Source: a bacterium (lineage in GTDB: Bacteria > Hydrothermota > 32-111). Taken from it: 46,006 bases of DNA. The stretch's first letter is position 1. Every line of letters begins with the position of its first letter. The position numbers and the translations under genes were made by a program. The DNA lies in contig JBFXGO010000017.1 in the NCBI GenBank assembly GCA_050239825.1, forward strand, positions 1-46,006, read 5' to 3'. Positions 29,901-39,572 of this stretch are shown piece by piece. The notes under the pieces were generated by a model. It did not search any database. It saw only the letters and a program-made list of their open reading frames with translations, and had not been told where the DNA came from.

Positions 29901-30363
29901 CATAGTACACATTTATTCTCTTAAGAGTTATCTCCGAAGCATTTACCGTGAACGGAAAGGATTTAATCGCTTCCGTCAAATCGGTTCTCTTTGAAGATAA
30001 AGAATCACTTTTTATTGTCATTGTGTCTTTTTTGATGAAAACATTAACGCTGTCGAGACAGAGCCTGCTGATTTTGACTTTCTTTATAATAAGAGCTAAT
30101 ATATCTATCTCCAACTCTCCCGTCATAATATCGGAATCAAGTTTTTCCGACCTTATTTCAATGCCATTTATTGAAAAATAGTTCCACTTGCCTTTTATTT
30201 CGGTTATATGACAGCTTCCCTTGAGCGATTCTGAAAGAAAAGATTCAAGTCTCTCTCTTATAAATCCGTTGAAGACTCCTGTCATTATAAGAATTGACTG
30301 CAGAAGAAGCAGAGAAACAAATACAGAAATTATGATAAGAAACCACTTCATCTTTTTTTTCAT
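26950..30363 (-). CDS. tamB: Translocation/assembly module TamB (AsmA-like, DUF490 C-terminus)
   Basis: N-terminal TM anchor, long beta-rich repeats, C-terminal LYSEP, GVDQLDI, SVGKYIGKRLYVSY...KYRF; adjacent to an Omp85 gene. Confidence 0.85.
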   Translation of the reverse strand: MKKKMKWFLIIISVFVSLLLLQSILIMTGVFNGFIRERLESFLSESLKGSCHITEIKGKWNYFSINGIEIRSEKLDSDIMTGELEIDILALIIKKVKISRLCLDSVNVFIKKDTMTIKSDSLSSKRTDLTEAIKSFPFTVNASEITLKRINVYYDTLYIKDIALNAVVSFNRKKGYLLYRVENCDVMGILNLKKTNGEFKLKSDSLSHSGNFSCGVFEIDNSIGYKNGNLFIDKALFKFSAERKKLFGAEITASGDGFLAGSIVNGRAEMKLKADLKRVGVDTLLFEQVSIGAEMTGDTIWLNELDCRDDEFLVSGKGFVELSPGVGGEFDVALSRVCAQKFIKNQSIAENSFDGLLHIKTDFKESVALVIDSMRGFYGNIKNISLKGSASFINSELSLNNVLMKIEDGEISLNGSIDKTRGQANLKMSNFSLEVLSAIKSDLNLSGHMNGELSLFGGISGYKCVYNIEMTNGFYESNTFEYFNSSGYFLGSNDSIYKGVIQGSFINGVVLNKNVSIVYFESMKGEDKLYLDVDGVSDMLSFGASCIFSLNRDFSEGRGSISRLNIKTDVDEYSLDNDIKIEYNKKMFMVDSLSLSGKYGFLKGNFKSTEDSMNFKIDAFDKNMIMTGYITNVPINGDARISAEGNGRIDSLMMKMNASVVGAEFEGISMDSLFMNCDYDGDNLDINYLNAYHENELSYLFGRIMIDKDSIKNSIMEISFDLKNIDEKYFLPLENVFTVKTKTGLTGKGRIYGKVTEPKLEGNIVIDSTDVFIVSLGTTVKAAKGYAVLSGDSAIVKELRGKTEKGALLLTGGVSLDKYMMEEYWFKILAEGAHSTGIDYVDVFANCSLDIRGDMKKVDMNGLIKITEGVSNFPFIASSENGQQSVASKYQSNMNLHLINDNNLWLKNSFVDAELKGDVFLKKNGTKWNITGKANVIRGYYFYLDKKFKITSGLFELKETSKIVEPVINITSSTRIQYVDGDEKKQADVFLEATGSAFNPTVSLYSEPTMGIENIISILSFNTTLSSLSNFEEISKGVPEKALQIYLRNKYLNTISSSIGVDQLDIQTNLLGSEKSAKLSVGKYIGKRLYVSYTHDVFTFEKDVFRIEYNVIKNTDIVTERDEQGYFNTGLQFKYRF

Positions 30364-32123
30364 CAGAACGGATTTCCTATGCTAAAATAGTATTTTATGT
30401 TGCCGTCTTCATTTATAGGTCTGGCGGCATCAAGCCTGATATTGCCAAAGGGTGTTGCCGCAAAAATACCAAGGCCTCCAGTGAGAATCATGTCATCAAT
30501 AGCATAGTTTTGAATTGTCTCATATAAAATACCTGTGTCAAAAAAATAACTCAGGCCTATGAATTTGTATACCAGAATTCGCATTTCGAAATTTGCATTC
30601 ACAACCATATTGCCTGAACGGGTGCCTATGGCATTTATGGGTCCCAAAGAATCCTCATCCACTCCTCTCACACTAGTCAGGCCTCCGAGATTGAATTGCT
30701 CGCCGATTGAAATACCTCTCTCCACAGAGATTCCGAATGGGACAATGCCCCCTGTCTTTATCCTGAAAGCTGTTGTGACTGCATTGAAAAAAGTTTTAAA
30801 GTATGCGCCTTCAACCGAGTATTTGTAGTAATTGTTGTAACCCTTGAAAAGGCCGCCGGCGTACTCCAGAAGAAGCGTTGAATAGACTCCGTATGAGGGA
30901 GAAATAACATTGTCCCTATTGTCGAAATAGAAAGTAAGGTCTGTGGAATTTGTTGTAACTCTTTCATACCTGTAAGGCTGGTTTTCCACATTTGTGTCAA
31001 TTATGCTCAACTTATATGAGTAATTGTTAAATACGGAAAAATATCCTATACTCTTGCTGATACCGCCCTTTACAAGAAAGTCCTTTTTTGAATAGAATTC
31101 ATAAATTTCATAGTTGCCTCCAATCTGTGAATTAAAAGCAAGAATGTTGTAAAATACATAAGGCATCTTGTATCTCAATATTCCATAAACCCATTTGTCG
31201 CCTGTCCTGAGAGGAGATGAGAGGACTGCCATAGCTCCGGAAGCTTCAAAAGATAGCTTTTCTCCATTATTTAAGAGATTGTCATTTCCCCAGCCGGTAG
31301 TCAGTTTGAACTTGTTTGGAAACTGATAGAGAGAGGCTCCGGATATCCAATTTTTCTTTTTCTCAGTGCCTATAAAATATATGTCTATCGACTCGCTCTT
31401 CTCTTCTATTCCGCTTGTTTTGAAAGCAAGGTAGTCAAATAATCCCGTATATGAGACTCTCTGCTGTATCAGATATACATTCTCCGGCGTGTAAAGAGTG
31501 CCTTTTCTCGCACCTACTTCATTGTAAAAGACACTTCTGACATTTTTCGGAAGAGAATCTCCGGTGATTGATTTGATATAAGCTCTGCCACCCTCATTTA
31601 TGTTTATGAAAACAATCATCCTGTACTTGTTTTCCTTAGGCACAAGTTCATAATTGACTTCCGTATAAATATATCCGAGTGAGGAGTATTTATCCATTAT
31701 CTGAATCTGACGGCTTGACAAAATTGATAAATTTAAAGGGTCATTTTTTTTAAGTCCGACAACAGATTTGATTTCCTCGTCTGTGAAGACATTATTTCCG
31801 AAGATTTTCACATCCGATACTGTTGTGACATAATCTTCGCTCACCTCAATGTCAATATATATTTGACCTTCATCCGCTCTGTAATTGTATTTTTTTATTG
31901 AGAAATCCAAAAATCCCCTCGACCTGTAAAAAGATACTATCGCCGCTTTATCCTCTTTGAATGCAATCCTGTCAAAATTCCCGCCTATCTTGGTCTTCAT
32001 GACCTTCTTTAGGACATTGTCTTCAAAAAAGATATTCCCTTCAATGTTGATCTCTTTGATCTTTTCAGCTGATATATAGAGAGAGCACAGGAAGAGAAAG
32101 AGAATCAGTAGATTCTTTTTAAT
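30363..32123 (-). CDS. Omp85 (BamA/TamA-family) outer membrane protein, probably TamA; non-canonical ATT start
   Basis: POTRA motifs (FYRSRGF, YSSLGY), DNRDN, LGGLTSVRG, TPFGNIRLD, terminal F. The frame extends 41 codons above ATG 32000 to ATT at 32123, giving signal peptide IKKNLLILFLFLCSLYISA. Confidence 0.85.
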   Translation of the reverse strand: MKKNLLILFLFLCSLYISAEKIKEINIEGNIFFEDNVLKKVMKTKIGGNFDRIAFKEDKAAIVSFYRSRGFLDFSIKKYNYRADEGQIYIDIEVSEDYVTTVSDVKIFGNNVFTDEEIKSVVGLKKNDPLNLSILSSRQIQIMDKYSSLGYIYTEVNYELVPKENKYRMIVFININEGGRAYIKSITGDSLPKNVRSVFYNEVGARKGTLYTPENVYLIQQRVSYTGLFDYLAFKTSGIEEKSESIDIYFIGTEKKKNWISGASLYQFPNKFKLTTGWGNDNLLNNGEKLSFEASGAMAVLSSPLRTGDKWVYGILRYKMPYVFYNILAFNSQIGGNYEIYEFYSKKDFLVKGGISKSIGYFSVFNNYSYKLSIIDTNVENQPYRYERVTTNSTDLTFYFDNRDNVISPSYGVYSTLLLEYAGGLFKGYNNYYKYSVEGAYFKTFFNAVTTAFRIKTGGIVPFGISVERGISIGEQFNLGGLTSVRGVDEDSLGPINAIGTRSGNMVVNANFEMRILVYKFIGLSYFFDTGILYETIQNYAIDDMILTGGLGIFAATPFGNIRLDAARPINEDGNIKYYFSIGNPF

Positions 32124-33340
32124 TGAATCCCCTTGTAATAGTGGTTTAAGATCTGCTTGTAGTTCTTACCTGATTTTGCCATCTCCATTGCTCCGTATTG
32201 GCACATTCCCACTCCATGGCCGAATCCTCCGCCGTTTATGAGGACCTTTCCTTTTTTCTGCTCTATTGTGAAATATCTGCTTTTGAGCATTCCGCCGAGA
32301 TGCTCCTCAAATGTAAAGAGTTTTCTTATATCAAGTCCTTTGACAGCATACTTTTTCCCGCTTGAATCTTCAATTGTGAGCTCTACAATCCGTTTGTATT
32401 TATCTTTCTTTGAAACATACAGGTTGATAGCTTTAATATTGACTTTTTTCAATAAAGAATAATTGTCGGAAATCATCTTATAGAAATCATCTCTTTCATA
32501 CTCGTATGTCCATTTATAGTGTTTTGACTGCGAACAATAGGATTTGCCGAACAAACATCCCTCTTTATCCGGTCTTCCCCTAAGATACGGCGCAGGAGCT
32601 CCTCCCCATTCATCTTCATTGTTGCTCGTGTAGCCTCCGCAGGTAGAGTGGTATTTGGCATCTATCGGAGTGTTTTTGTACATTGCGACTATTCCATTGG
32701 TTTCATCAATCGCCCTGTTTGTCAGAGTATCTTCAAGAAGGTATCCTCTGTAAACCTGGTCCTGCACAGTGCACTCAAGGTCATAACCCATCTCTTCATG
32801 CTTCCTTAGATGAGCATAGGCGTATGTGCGGGCGGCTACAGCCTGAGCTTTTGACGCCTCTATCATATTTTTCTTTAGTTTTCCTATCTCCGCAGGCACT
32901 ACCCCCTTCAGATAATCCTCCATTGAGAGCCTGTTGATGGGAAGAAGCAATTTATCAGCATCTTTTCTAACAACAAGATATCCTCTGTATAGCATGCCAT
33001 TGTATGAAAAAATACCATTGTTTTGCGGGATGAAATATATAGGGAGCGACTTTACCGTTATTCTTTTATCACGGTTCAGATGCATTTTGAATTCATTGTC
33101 CGAATAATCAATGAAAATCGTGTCGCCTGCTTTCAGCATCATGCTTCCGTCCGGAGTCTTAAGCTTCATTCCTGAAGCGCTCGTGACAGTCATTTTGCTG
33201 ACCATGTGGCCGAGAGCTACGCCAAGTTCGGTATTCTTCGATGGACCCTCAATGTTGGATTTTGCGCAGCCTGCCAGAATGAGTATCAGCAGGAGTATCA
33301 ATGCGCCAAGGCGGATGTCAGGAGAATATTTCTTTTCCAT
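32105..33340 (-). CDS. SpoIID/LytB-domain lytic transglycosylase-like lipoprotein
   Basis: Lipobox LAGC; EDYLKGVVPAE, KAQAVAARTY, DQVYRG, YHSTCGG, GFGHGVGMCQYGA. Confidence 0.92.
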   Translation of the reverse strand: MEKKYSPDIRLGALILLLILILAGCAKSNIEGPSKNTELGVALGHMVSKMTVTSASGMKLKTPDGSMMLKAGDTIFIDYSDNEFKMHLNRDKRITVKSLPIYFIPQNNGIFSYNGMLYRGYLVVRKDADKLLLPINRLSMEDYLKGVVPAEIGKLKKNMIEASKAQAVAARTYAYAHLRKHEEMGYDLECTVQDQVYRGYLLEDTLTNRAIDETNGIVAMYKNTPIDAKYHSTCGGYTSNNEDEWGGAPAPYLRGRPDKEGCLFGKSYCSQSKHYKWTYEYERDDFYKMISDNYSLLKKVNIKAINLYVSKKDKYKRIVELTIEDSSGKKYAVKGLDIRKLFTFEEHLGGMLKSRYFTIEQKKGKVLINGGGFGHGVGMCQYGAMEMAKSGKNYKQILNHYYKGIQLKRIY

Positions 33341-34580
33341 GCTTCATATAATCCTTTAAAATAGGAGGAAATTCAAAGTCATTATCGGCTGTCTGATAAT
33401 GCTCTATTATTGCTATCACTGTGCGCGGAGTCGCAAGACCGGAACCGTTTAGAGTGTGGATGAATGCATTTCTTCCCTCTCTGTTCTTGTATCTTATATT
33501 GGCTCTTCTTGCCTGAAAATCAAGGAAGTTGGAGACAGAGGATACTTCGAGAAACTCCTTTGATGCCTCTGCCCACACTTCTATATCATAAGTTTTGGCG
33601 GATGAAAAAGAAGTATCATTGTCGGGAAGAAGAATAACTCTGTAAGACAGGTCAAGGAGCTTCAACACTCTCTCCGCCTCTTCAAGCATCTCTTCATGCG
33701 CCTTTCTTGATTCATCTGGAAGTGAGTAGCGCACCAGCTCGACTTTGTTGAACTGATGAAGTCTTTTGAGGCCTTTTGTATCTTTTCCGTATGACCCTGC
33801 CTCTCTTCTGAAACATGCAGAGTATGCGACAAATTTTTTCGGAAGATCTTTTTCAGGAACTATTTCGTCATTGTAAATGTTGGTCACAGGCACTTCTGCT
33901 GTCGGGATGAGAAACATTGCATCGCCTTTGTCAAGCCCATACATATCCTCTTCCATCTTCGGAAGCTGGCCTGTAGAATAGAGTGAATTGTAATTCACCA
34001 TAAACGGCGGAAAGACTTCAAGGTATCCGTGCTTTTCAATGTGAAGGTCAAGCATGAAGTTTATGAGAGTCCTCTCGAGCAGGGCGCCCTTTCCCATGTA
34101 GAGGGGAAATGACGATGCCGCTATCTTTGCGCCGCGTTTGAAATCAATGTAATTATTTTCAGTGCATATATCATAATAATTTTTTGTTTTTTCAGAAAAA
34201 TCGCCTCTCTCTCTTATTGTCTTATAGACTGCATTCTCTCCGGAAGGAACATCAGCTTCAAGTATGTTGGGCATCCAGCTCATTATGATATTCATCTCAT
34301 TTTCAGCGGTTTCAAGAACCTTCTCGGACTCTCCTATCAAAAGAGAAATCTCCTTTGATTTATCAAGGAGGGGCTTTACATCCCCTCCCTGTTTTTTTAT
34401 CTTCGGAACCTCTTCCGTGAGTTTGTTCTTCTCTTCTCTGTACTGATTCAGTTTGTTTACCGATTGCTTCCTTGCATCTATAAGCGAGTATAGTTTGTCT
34501 ATGTCGATCTTTGTTTTTTTAACTGAACAGGTTTTTTCAATTATGCTCCTGTTGGCTATTATAAACTCACGGTCAAGCAT
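33318..34580 (-). CDS. serS: Serine--tRNA ligase
   Basis: LIPTAEVP, CFRREAGSYGKDTKGL.RLHQF.KVE, EVSSVSN, HTLNGSGLA.PR. Confidence 0.97.
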   Translation of the reverse strand: MLDREFIIANRSIIEKTCSVKKTKIDIDKLYSLIDARKQSVNKLNQYREEKNKLTEEVPKIKKQGGDVKPLLDKSKEISLLIGESEKVLETAENEMNIIMSWMPNILEADVPSGENAVYKTIRERGDFSEKTKNYYDICTENNYIDFKRGAKIAASSFPLYMGKGALLERTLINFMLDLHIEKHGYLEVFPPFMVNYNSLYSTGQLPKMEEDMYGLDKGDAMFLIPTAEVPVTNIYNDEIVPEKDLPKKFVAYSACFRREAGSYGKDTKGLKRLHQFNKVELVRYSLPDESRKAHEEMLEEAERVLKLLDLSYRVILLPDNDTSFSSAKTYDIEVWAEASKEFLEVSSVSNFLDFQARRANIRYKNREGRNAFIHTLNGSGLATPRTVIAIIEHYQTADNDFEFPPILKDYMKHGKEIFS

Positions 34581-34587
34581 TTTGTCC

Positions 34588-37248
34588 TCACTTGCTGTTC
34601 TTTGTTATCTCGCTCTGGGCAGCGGCGAGTCTTGCGACAGGCACTCTGTAAGGCGAGCATGAAACATAATCGAATCCGTTGAGATTGAAGAAATCTATTG
34701 ATGCAGGGTCTCCGCCATGCTCTCCGCAGATTCCTATCTCAATATTGGGATTGACCTTCTTGGCATCTTCTATAGCTATTTTAATGAGACGACCCACTCC
34801 GATTTGATCGAGAGTGGCAAAAGGATCATCCTTAAGTATCTTCTGTTCAATGTAGGATTCAAGTATCTTTCCCACATCATCCCTTGAGAATCCGAGAGTC
34901 GTCTGTGTCAGGTCATTTGTCCCGAATGAGAAAAATTCTGCTTCTGTTGCTATCTCGCCTGCTGTCAGCGCCGCGCGGGGAAGCTCAATCATTGTGCCTA
35001 TCAGGCATTTTACATCCATCTTCTTCTCTTCAAGCACTCTCTTGATTGTCTCCACCGTAATTTTCTTCTGCGCCTGAAGCTCCTTTATGTTTCCCACAAG
35101 AGGTATCATTATCTCCGGAATAACCTTTATTCCCTGCTTTGAAACATTGCATGCGGCTTCCATAATTGCCCGCACCTGCATTTCGGTTATCTCAGGGAAA
35201 GTTATTCCGAGACGGCATCCGCGGTGTCCAAGCATCGGGTTTGCCTCTTTAAGTTCGTCTATCTTCTGCCTTATGTCGTCTGCCTTGACTCCCATCTTAG
35301 CCGCTATCTTCTTTATCATATCATCTTCCTTTGGAAGAAATTCATGAAGCGGCGGGTCAAGAGTTCTAATAACCACAGGATATCCATCCATTGCCTTGAA
35401 GATTCCTTCAAAGTCGCTTCTCTGCATGGGGAGTATTTCATCAAGAGCGGCCTTCCTGCCCTCTTTTGTCTCTGCGAGAATCATTCTTCTCACTGCCTCA
35501 ATTCTGTCCTCTCCGAAGAACATGTGCTCTGTCCTGCAGAGTCCGATGCCCTTTGCTCCGAATGTGCGAGCTGTCTGTGCGTCTGTCGGAGTGTCCGCAT
35601 TAGTGCGGATTTCAAGCCGCTTGAATTCGTCGGTAAACTCCATCAGCTTTCCGAATTCATTCCTCAAATCAGGCTTAATTTTTTCGACATTGCCTTCAAT
35701 GACTCTTCCGGTTGAGCCGTCTATTGTTATGAAATCGCCGTCTTTTATGACTTTGTCTTTCACTTTCATTATTCTCTTCTCGTCATCTATCTCAAGGTCA
35801 GAGCATCCGACCACGCACGGCTTTCCCATACCCCTCGCGACAACTGCCGCGTGAGATGTCATTCCGCCTCTTGCCGTCAGTATTCCGTTGCAGATATTCA
35901 TACCCGCAATGTCTTCAGGTGATGTCTCTTCTCTCACGAGAATCAGATTTTTTTCCACTTTTGCTTTTTCAACAGCCTCTTTTGCGGAGAATACGATTCT
36001 TCCCGATGCCGCTCCCGGCGATGCAGGCAGACCCTTTCCGAGCACTACAAGCTTCGCTTTCGGATTTATCATCGGATGAAGCATTCCGTCAATGTCCTTG
36101 GGAGTGACTCTTGTGACTGCCGTCTTCTTGTCTATTATTCCCTCTTCCTGAAGGTCAACGGCTATTCTTATTGAAGCGAGCGGAGTCCTCTTTCCGTTCC
36201 TCGTCTGAAGCATCCAGAGTTTTCCTCTCTCTATTGTAAACTCCATATCCTGCATGTCTTTATAGTGCGATTCAAGATGGTTCTTGTAGCCGTCAAGCTC
36301 CTTATATAGTTCGGGCATCACCGATTCAAGGGTAACCTGATTATCTGAATTTCTTGATTCATTGTTTATCGGCTGAGGAGTGCGAATTCCTGCAACAACA
36401 TCCTCACCCTGAGCATTGACAAGGTATTCTCCGTAGAAGTATTTTTCTCCGGTTGAAGGATTTCTTGTGAATGCCACTCCTGTGGCGCAGTCATTGCCCA
36501 TGTTTCCGAAGACCATTGACTGCACATTGACTGCAGTGCCCCAGTTATCTGGTATCTTCTCTATTCTTCTGTACTCTATGGCGCGCTCATTGTTCCATGA
36601 CCTAAAAACGGCATCGACCGCTCCCCAGAGCTGTTCTTCCACATTGTCAGGGAAATTCCTTCCCGCATCTTTCTTCACAAGTTCTTTATATTTCTTTATT
36701 AGTCCTTTAAGGTCTTCTGCATTGAGGTCAACATCCTGCACAACATTCTTATCCTTCTTTGTTTGCGTGAGAATCTCCTCAAAATGTTTGTGCTCAACAC
36801 CCATCACCACATCTCCATACATTTGAATGAATCTTCTGTATGAATCATAGGCGAACCTTTCATTGTTCGTAAGCTTCGCAAGCCCGACAACGGTTTTCTC
36901 GTTGAGTCCAAGATTGAGGATTGTGTCCATCATCCCGGGCATTGAAGCGGGCGCGCCCGAGCGCACTGACACGAGCAGAGGGTTCTGCTCCGATCCGAAC
37001 TCCTTTCCTATTGTCTTTTCAAGTTTCTTCAAATAATCATTGACAGCCTCTTTGAGCCCGTCAGGATATTTTGATTGATTCTTTGAGAAGTATGCGCATA
37101 CTTCAGTTGTTATAGTAAATCCGGGCGGAACCGGAAGGCCTAGTGATGCCATCTCCGCGAGATTGGCTCCTTTGCCTCCGAGAAGCATCTTCATCGACGC
37201 CTTACCCTCGGTGTTTCCTTTACCGAAGAAATAAACCATTTTATCCAT
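34588..37248 (-). CDS. ppdK: Pyruvate, phosphate dikinase
   Basis: LLGGKGANLAEM, PLLVSVRSGA, phospho-His RGGMTSHAAVVAR, GIGLCRTEHM, FSFGTNDLTQ, GICGEHGG. Confidence 0.98.
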   Translation of the reverse strand: MDKMVYFFGKGNTEGKASMKMLLGGKGANLAEMASLGLPVPPGFTITTEVCAYFSKNQSKYPDGLKEAVNDYLKKLEKTIGKEFGSEQNPLLVSVRSGAPASMPGMMDTILNLGLNEKTVVGLAKLTNNERFAYDSYRRFIQMYGDVVMGVEHKHFEEILTQTKKDKNVVQDVDLNAEDLKGLIKKYKELVKKDAGRNFPDNVEEQLWGAVDAVFRSWNNERAIEYRRIEKIPDNWGTAVNVQSMVFGNMGNDCATGVAFTRNPSTGEKYFYGEYLVNAQGEDVVAGIRTPQPINNESRNSDNQVTLESVMPELYKELDGYKNHLESHYKDMQDMEFTIERGKLWMLQTRNGKRTPLASIRIAVDLQEEGIIDKKTAVTRVTPKDIDGMLHPMINPKAKLVVLGKGLPASPGAASGRIVFSAKEAVEKAKVEKNLILVREETSPEDIAGMNICNGILTARGGMTSHAAVVARGMGKPCVVGCSDLEIDDEKRIMKVKDKVIKDGDFITIDGSTGRVIEGNVEKIKPDLRNEFGKLMEFTDEFKRLEIRTNADTPTDAQTARTFGAKGIGLCRTEHMFFGEDRIEAVRRMILAETKEGRKAALDEILPMQRSDFEGIFKAMDGYPVVIRTLDPPLHEFLPKEDDMIKKIAAKMGVKADDIRQKIDELKEANPMLGHRGCRLGITFPEITEMQVRAIMEAACNVSKQGIKVIPEIMIPLVGNIKELQAQKKITVETIKRVLEEKKMDVKCLIGTMIELPRAALTAGEIATEAEFFSFGTNDLTQTTLGFSRDDVGKILESYIEQKILKDDPFATLDQIGVGRLIKIAIEDAKKVNPNIEIGICGEHGGDPASIDFFNLNGFDYVSCSPYRVPVARLAAAQSEITKNSK

Positions 37249-37429
37249 TAACTACCTCCTATTGATAGCAATATAGCTTTTTATTTTATTATAAATTCAG
37301 ATAAAAATCAAGAAGAATATAAATAATTGCTAACAGGTAAAGCAAGTTGCGGGTTAAAAAACAATCAATAGTCCAAATATCGCTGGTGGTTAGCAAAAAT
37401 CGCATACGCAAGAGTAAATGAGAAAAGTA

Positions 37430-37722
37430 TGGATGGGGTGTTATTGCTATAATGGTTATTTGATTTTTCTCAGGACCATGGTAGAAAAATATTCTGTAAG
37501 CACCGGGGTCTTATTCTGTGTGTAACACTCAAATTCCTTTTCATTGCCAGGACCTATTATCGATTTATAAAGATGAGTGTGAAGCCCCGAGTGTTTTGGG
37601 TCATCAGAGAGATGTTTTAAAGCTTTCCGAACTGCTTTCCAGGCTTTTTCTTTGCTCCCCTCTCTTTTTATTTTTTTTAAATTATTTATCGCCTCTGATG
37701 TGAAAACAAGTTCAAAATTCAT
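37430..37722 (-). pseudogene. Frameshifted RelE/ParE-like toxin
   Basis: FELVFTSEA...DPKHSGLHTH...YTQNKTP continues in another frame, after one missing base at ~37503-37509, as GAYRIFFYHGPEKNQITIIAITPHP, a typical RelE-fold C-terminus. Confidence 0.75.
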
Positions 37723-38042
37723 AATTCATCAAAGAATTTATCAAGGTCTTTTGCTTTCTTTGTTTTGCCGTTCTTGGCGTCTATTAGCCCTTTTTTCACC
37801 TTTGAATAAACTTCGGGATTCTCATATACCCACATCTCATCAAGAGGAATGGACACAGTCGGTTTTAAGAGAACTTCGCCTTTTCTATTCATCTTAATCT
37901 GCACAGAATCAGTCTTTCCGAGTCTTTCCCAATACTGCAACACCTTAGGCGGAAGAGTGATTCTGTTTCTGCCATCAGGTTTTTTGTTGTCTATGTCTAT
38001 GAATTCATTTGCGTGAGATTTTGATTCATTTGTCTCTTTCAT
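37719..38042 (-). CDS. AbrB/MazE-like antitoxin
   Basis: DGRNRITLP...GEVLLKP swapped-hairpin pattern, acidic tail DLDKFFDEL; ATGA overlap with the toxin; SD AAGGAG. Confidence 0.75.
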   Translation of the reverse strand: MKETNESKSHANEFIDIDNKKPDGRNRITLPPKVLQYWERLGKTDSVQIKMNRKGEVLLKPTVSIPLDEMWVYENPEVYSKVKKGLIDAKNGKTKKAKDLDKFFDEL

Positions 38043-38060
38043 AATTGCTCCTTTTCTTTC

Positions 38061-38088
38061 AATATACCCATTTTCCCATTTGTGTCAA
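38061..38088 (-). promoter_or_regulatory. TA promoter with direct-repeat operator candidate
   Basis: TTGACA-16 nt-TATATT; the spacer contains AAATGGG twice. Confidence 0.55.
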
Positions 38089-38169
38089 GATTCTTGATTT
38101 GTACCTTTGTGAGGTAAAATTACGATTTACAGATTGAAAAAGAACACCATGTGCAAAATGCAATTATAT

Positions 38170-38195
38170 GTAGGAGCGATTCACAAATTGCCCTC
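38170..38195 (+). repeat. Degenerate GTAG-family REP-like sequence
   Basis: GTAG-GAGCGATT-CACA-AATTGCCC: GTAG tetranucleotide followed by an imperfect palindrome. Confidence 0.45.
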
Positions 38196-38313
38196 ATGGT
38201 CATCAATGAAATTGAAAAAGTTAAAAGAAATCAGATATGCCGTTCGTGAGTGGAATAAACGTTTCTTATGAAAAATGTCAAAATGTCAAGCACCGTCCCC
38301 ATTTCCATTTCCA

Positions 38314-39231
38314 TTACTCTCCATCTCTATTAAATGTTTTTTTAAAGAATATCTCTCCAGCTTTGTTCTTAACGACAACTTCCAAGCCGTCGAATGATAC
38401 AAAATCTCCATTTACATTCCGATTAATTGAATCTTCGGAAATTTCTCCTGTAACGGTCCATCGTTCCGACTCGTTATCAATCTGAAGATTTATATACATA
38501 CCCCCTGTCATTCCTCGAAATTGAAGATCAAGCTTACTATCATCAAATACATCTTTTGTAACAAAAACGTTAGACCAGTCTTCTAAACCGTAATTTATTA
38601 AATCTTCATCAGTCAAAAAGACAATTTTATCACTATCGCCCAAAACAATTTCATACAATGTATTATCACAACGGTAAATAAATCTTTCCCTTTCAAAATC
38701 AACATAGCATAATCCATCGTTGTAATGGTAAATAGTATCTACCATGCTTATCATTTCACATAATGTATCTCCAATGTTTTGCTTCATGATTATATTCACC
38801 GTTGGACCTAAGAGGAAACTGGTGGTTGAACCATAGATATACTTGGCATTTGAATCAATGAAACTGTAATCGCCTAAATTCTCCATTTTTAGCATTTCGC
38901 CACTTTCATTACTATAGATAAATAGCGATTCATACGACTGTATAGTATAATATTCACCTATACTTTGTGGATTATATAATATATCATCATGATACAATAT
39001 CTCTTTGCAGGTGTTATTATATGGGTTTATTCGAAATACTTTACACGGAATATACTCGTAATAATCAGCATACAAAACAATATTAAATTCATTCTCATTA
39101 ATCCACCTCGGATTTCCTGCAGTAAAATAATTCAAATGATCCACATCGTGAAAAATCAGTTCACCAAGTTCACAGTTGCTTGTGAATAGAAGAATGAAAA
39201 TACATATCAATATGATACTATTGTTTTTCAT
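38314..39231 (-). CDS. Hypothetical lipoprotein-like beta-rich protein
   Basis: ATG 39231 after GGAG; MKNNSIILICIFILLFTSNC resembles a lipoprotein signal; AT-rich. Confidence 0.65.
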   Translation of the reverse strand: MKNNSIILICIFILLFTSNCELGELIFHDVDHLNYFTAGNPRWINENEFNIVLYADYYEYIPCKVFRINPYNNTCKEILYHDDILYNPQSIGEYYTIQSYESLFIYSNESGEMLKMENLGDYSFIDSNAKYIYGSTTSFLLGPTVNIIMKQNIGDTLCEMISMVDTIYHYNDGLCYVDFERERFIYRCDNTLYEIVLGDSDKIVFLTDEDLINYGLEDWSNVFVTKDVFDDSKLDLQFRGMTGGMYINLQIDNESERWTVTGEISEDSINRNVNGDFVSFDGLEVVVKNKAGEIFFKKTFNRDGE

Positions 39232-39420
39232 TTTACTCTCCTTAAATATATTATTATATTTCCTTCGTTTTTTCCCATTCATCCCGACTTTTATTTAAAG
39301 ATTTATTATATTTCAATAATTTAAATCAAAATTAATCTTACTAAATCTATTCTTTTTTGTCAATACTTAATTGGTTGTTGGTATTGTTTTAATCATTTTA
39401 CAATCAAATAATGGTCTTTT

Positions 39421-39572
39421 TTTCTTCAACTATCAACTTTCTTTTACCAGCTCACTAGCGTACCAGCCTACTAGCCTACTCTTTTTCTTTCTTCAACTAT
39501 CAACTTTCTTTTACCAGCTCATCAGCGTACCAGCCTACTAGCCTACTCTTTTTCTTTCTTCAACTATCAACT
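39421..39572. repeat. 67-bp tandem repeat (2 full copies + partial) with 7- and 8-bp sub-repeats
   Basis: TTTCTTCAACTATCAACT starts at 39421, 39488 and 39555; the internal ACCAGCTC-ACTAGCGT-ACCAGCCT-ACTAGCCT has an 8-bp period. Confidence 0.92.

Noticed and set aside
39421..39572. Tandem repeat as a CRISPR array
   Set aside because: The units are contiguous near-identical copies with no unique spacers, and no cas genes are in the window.
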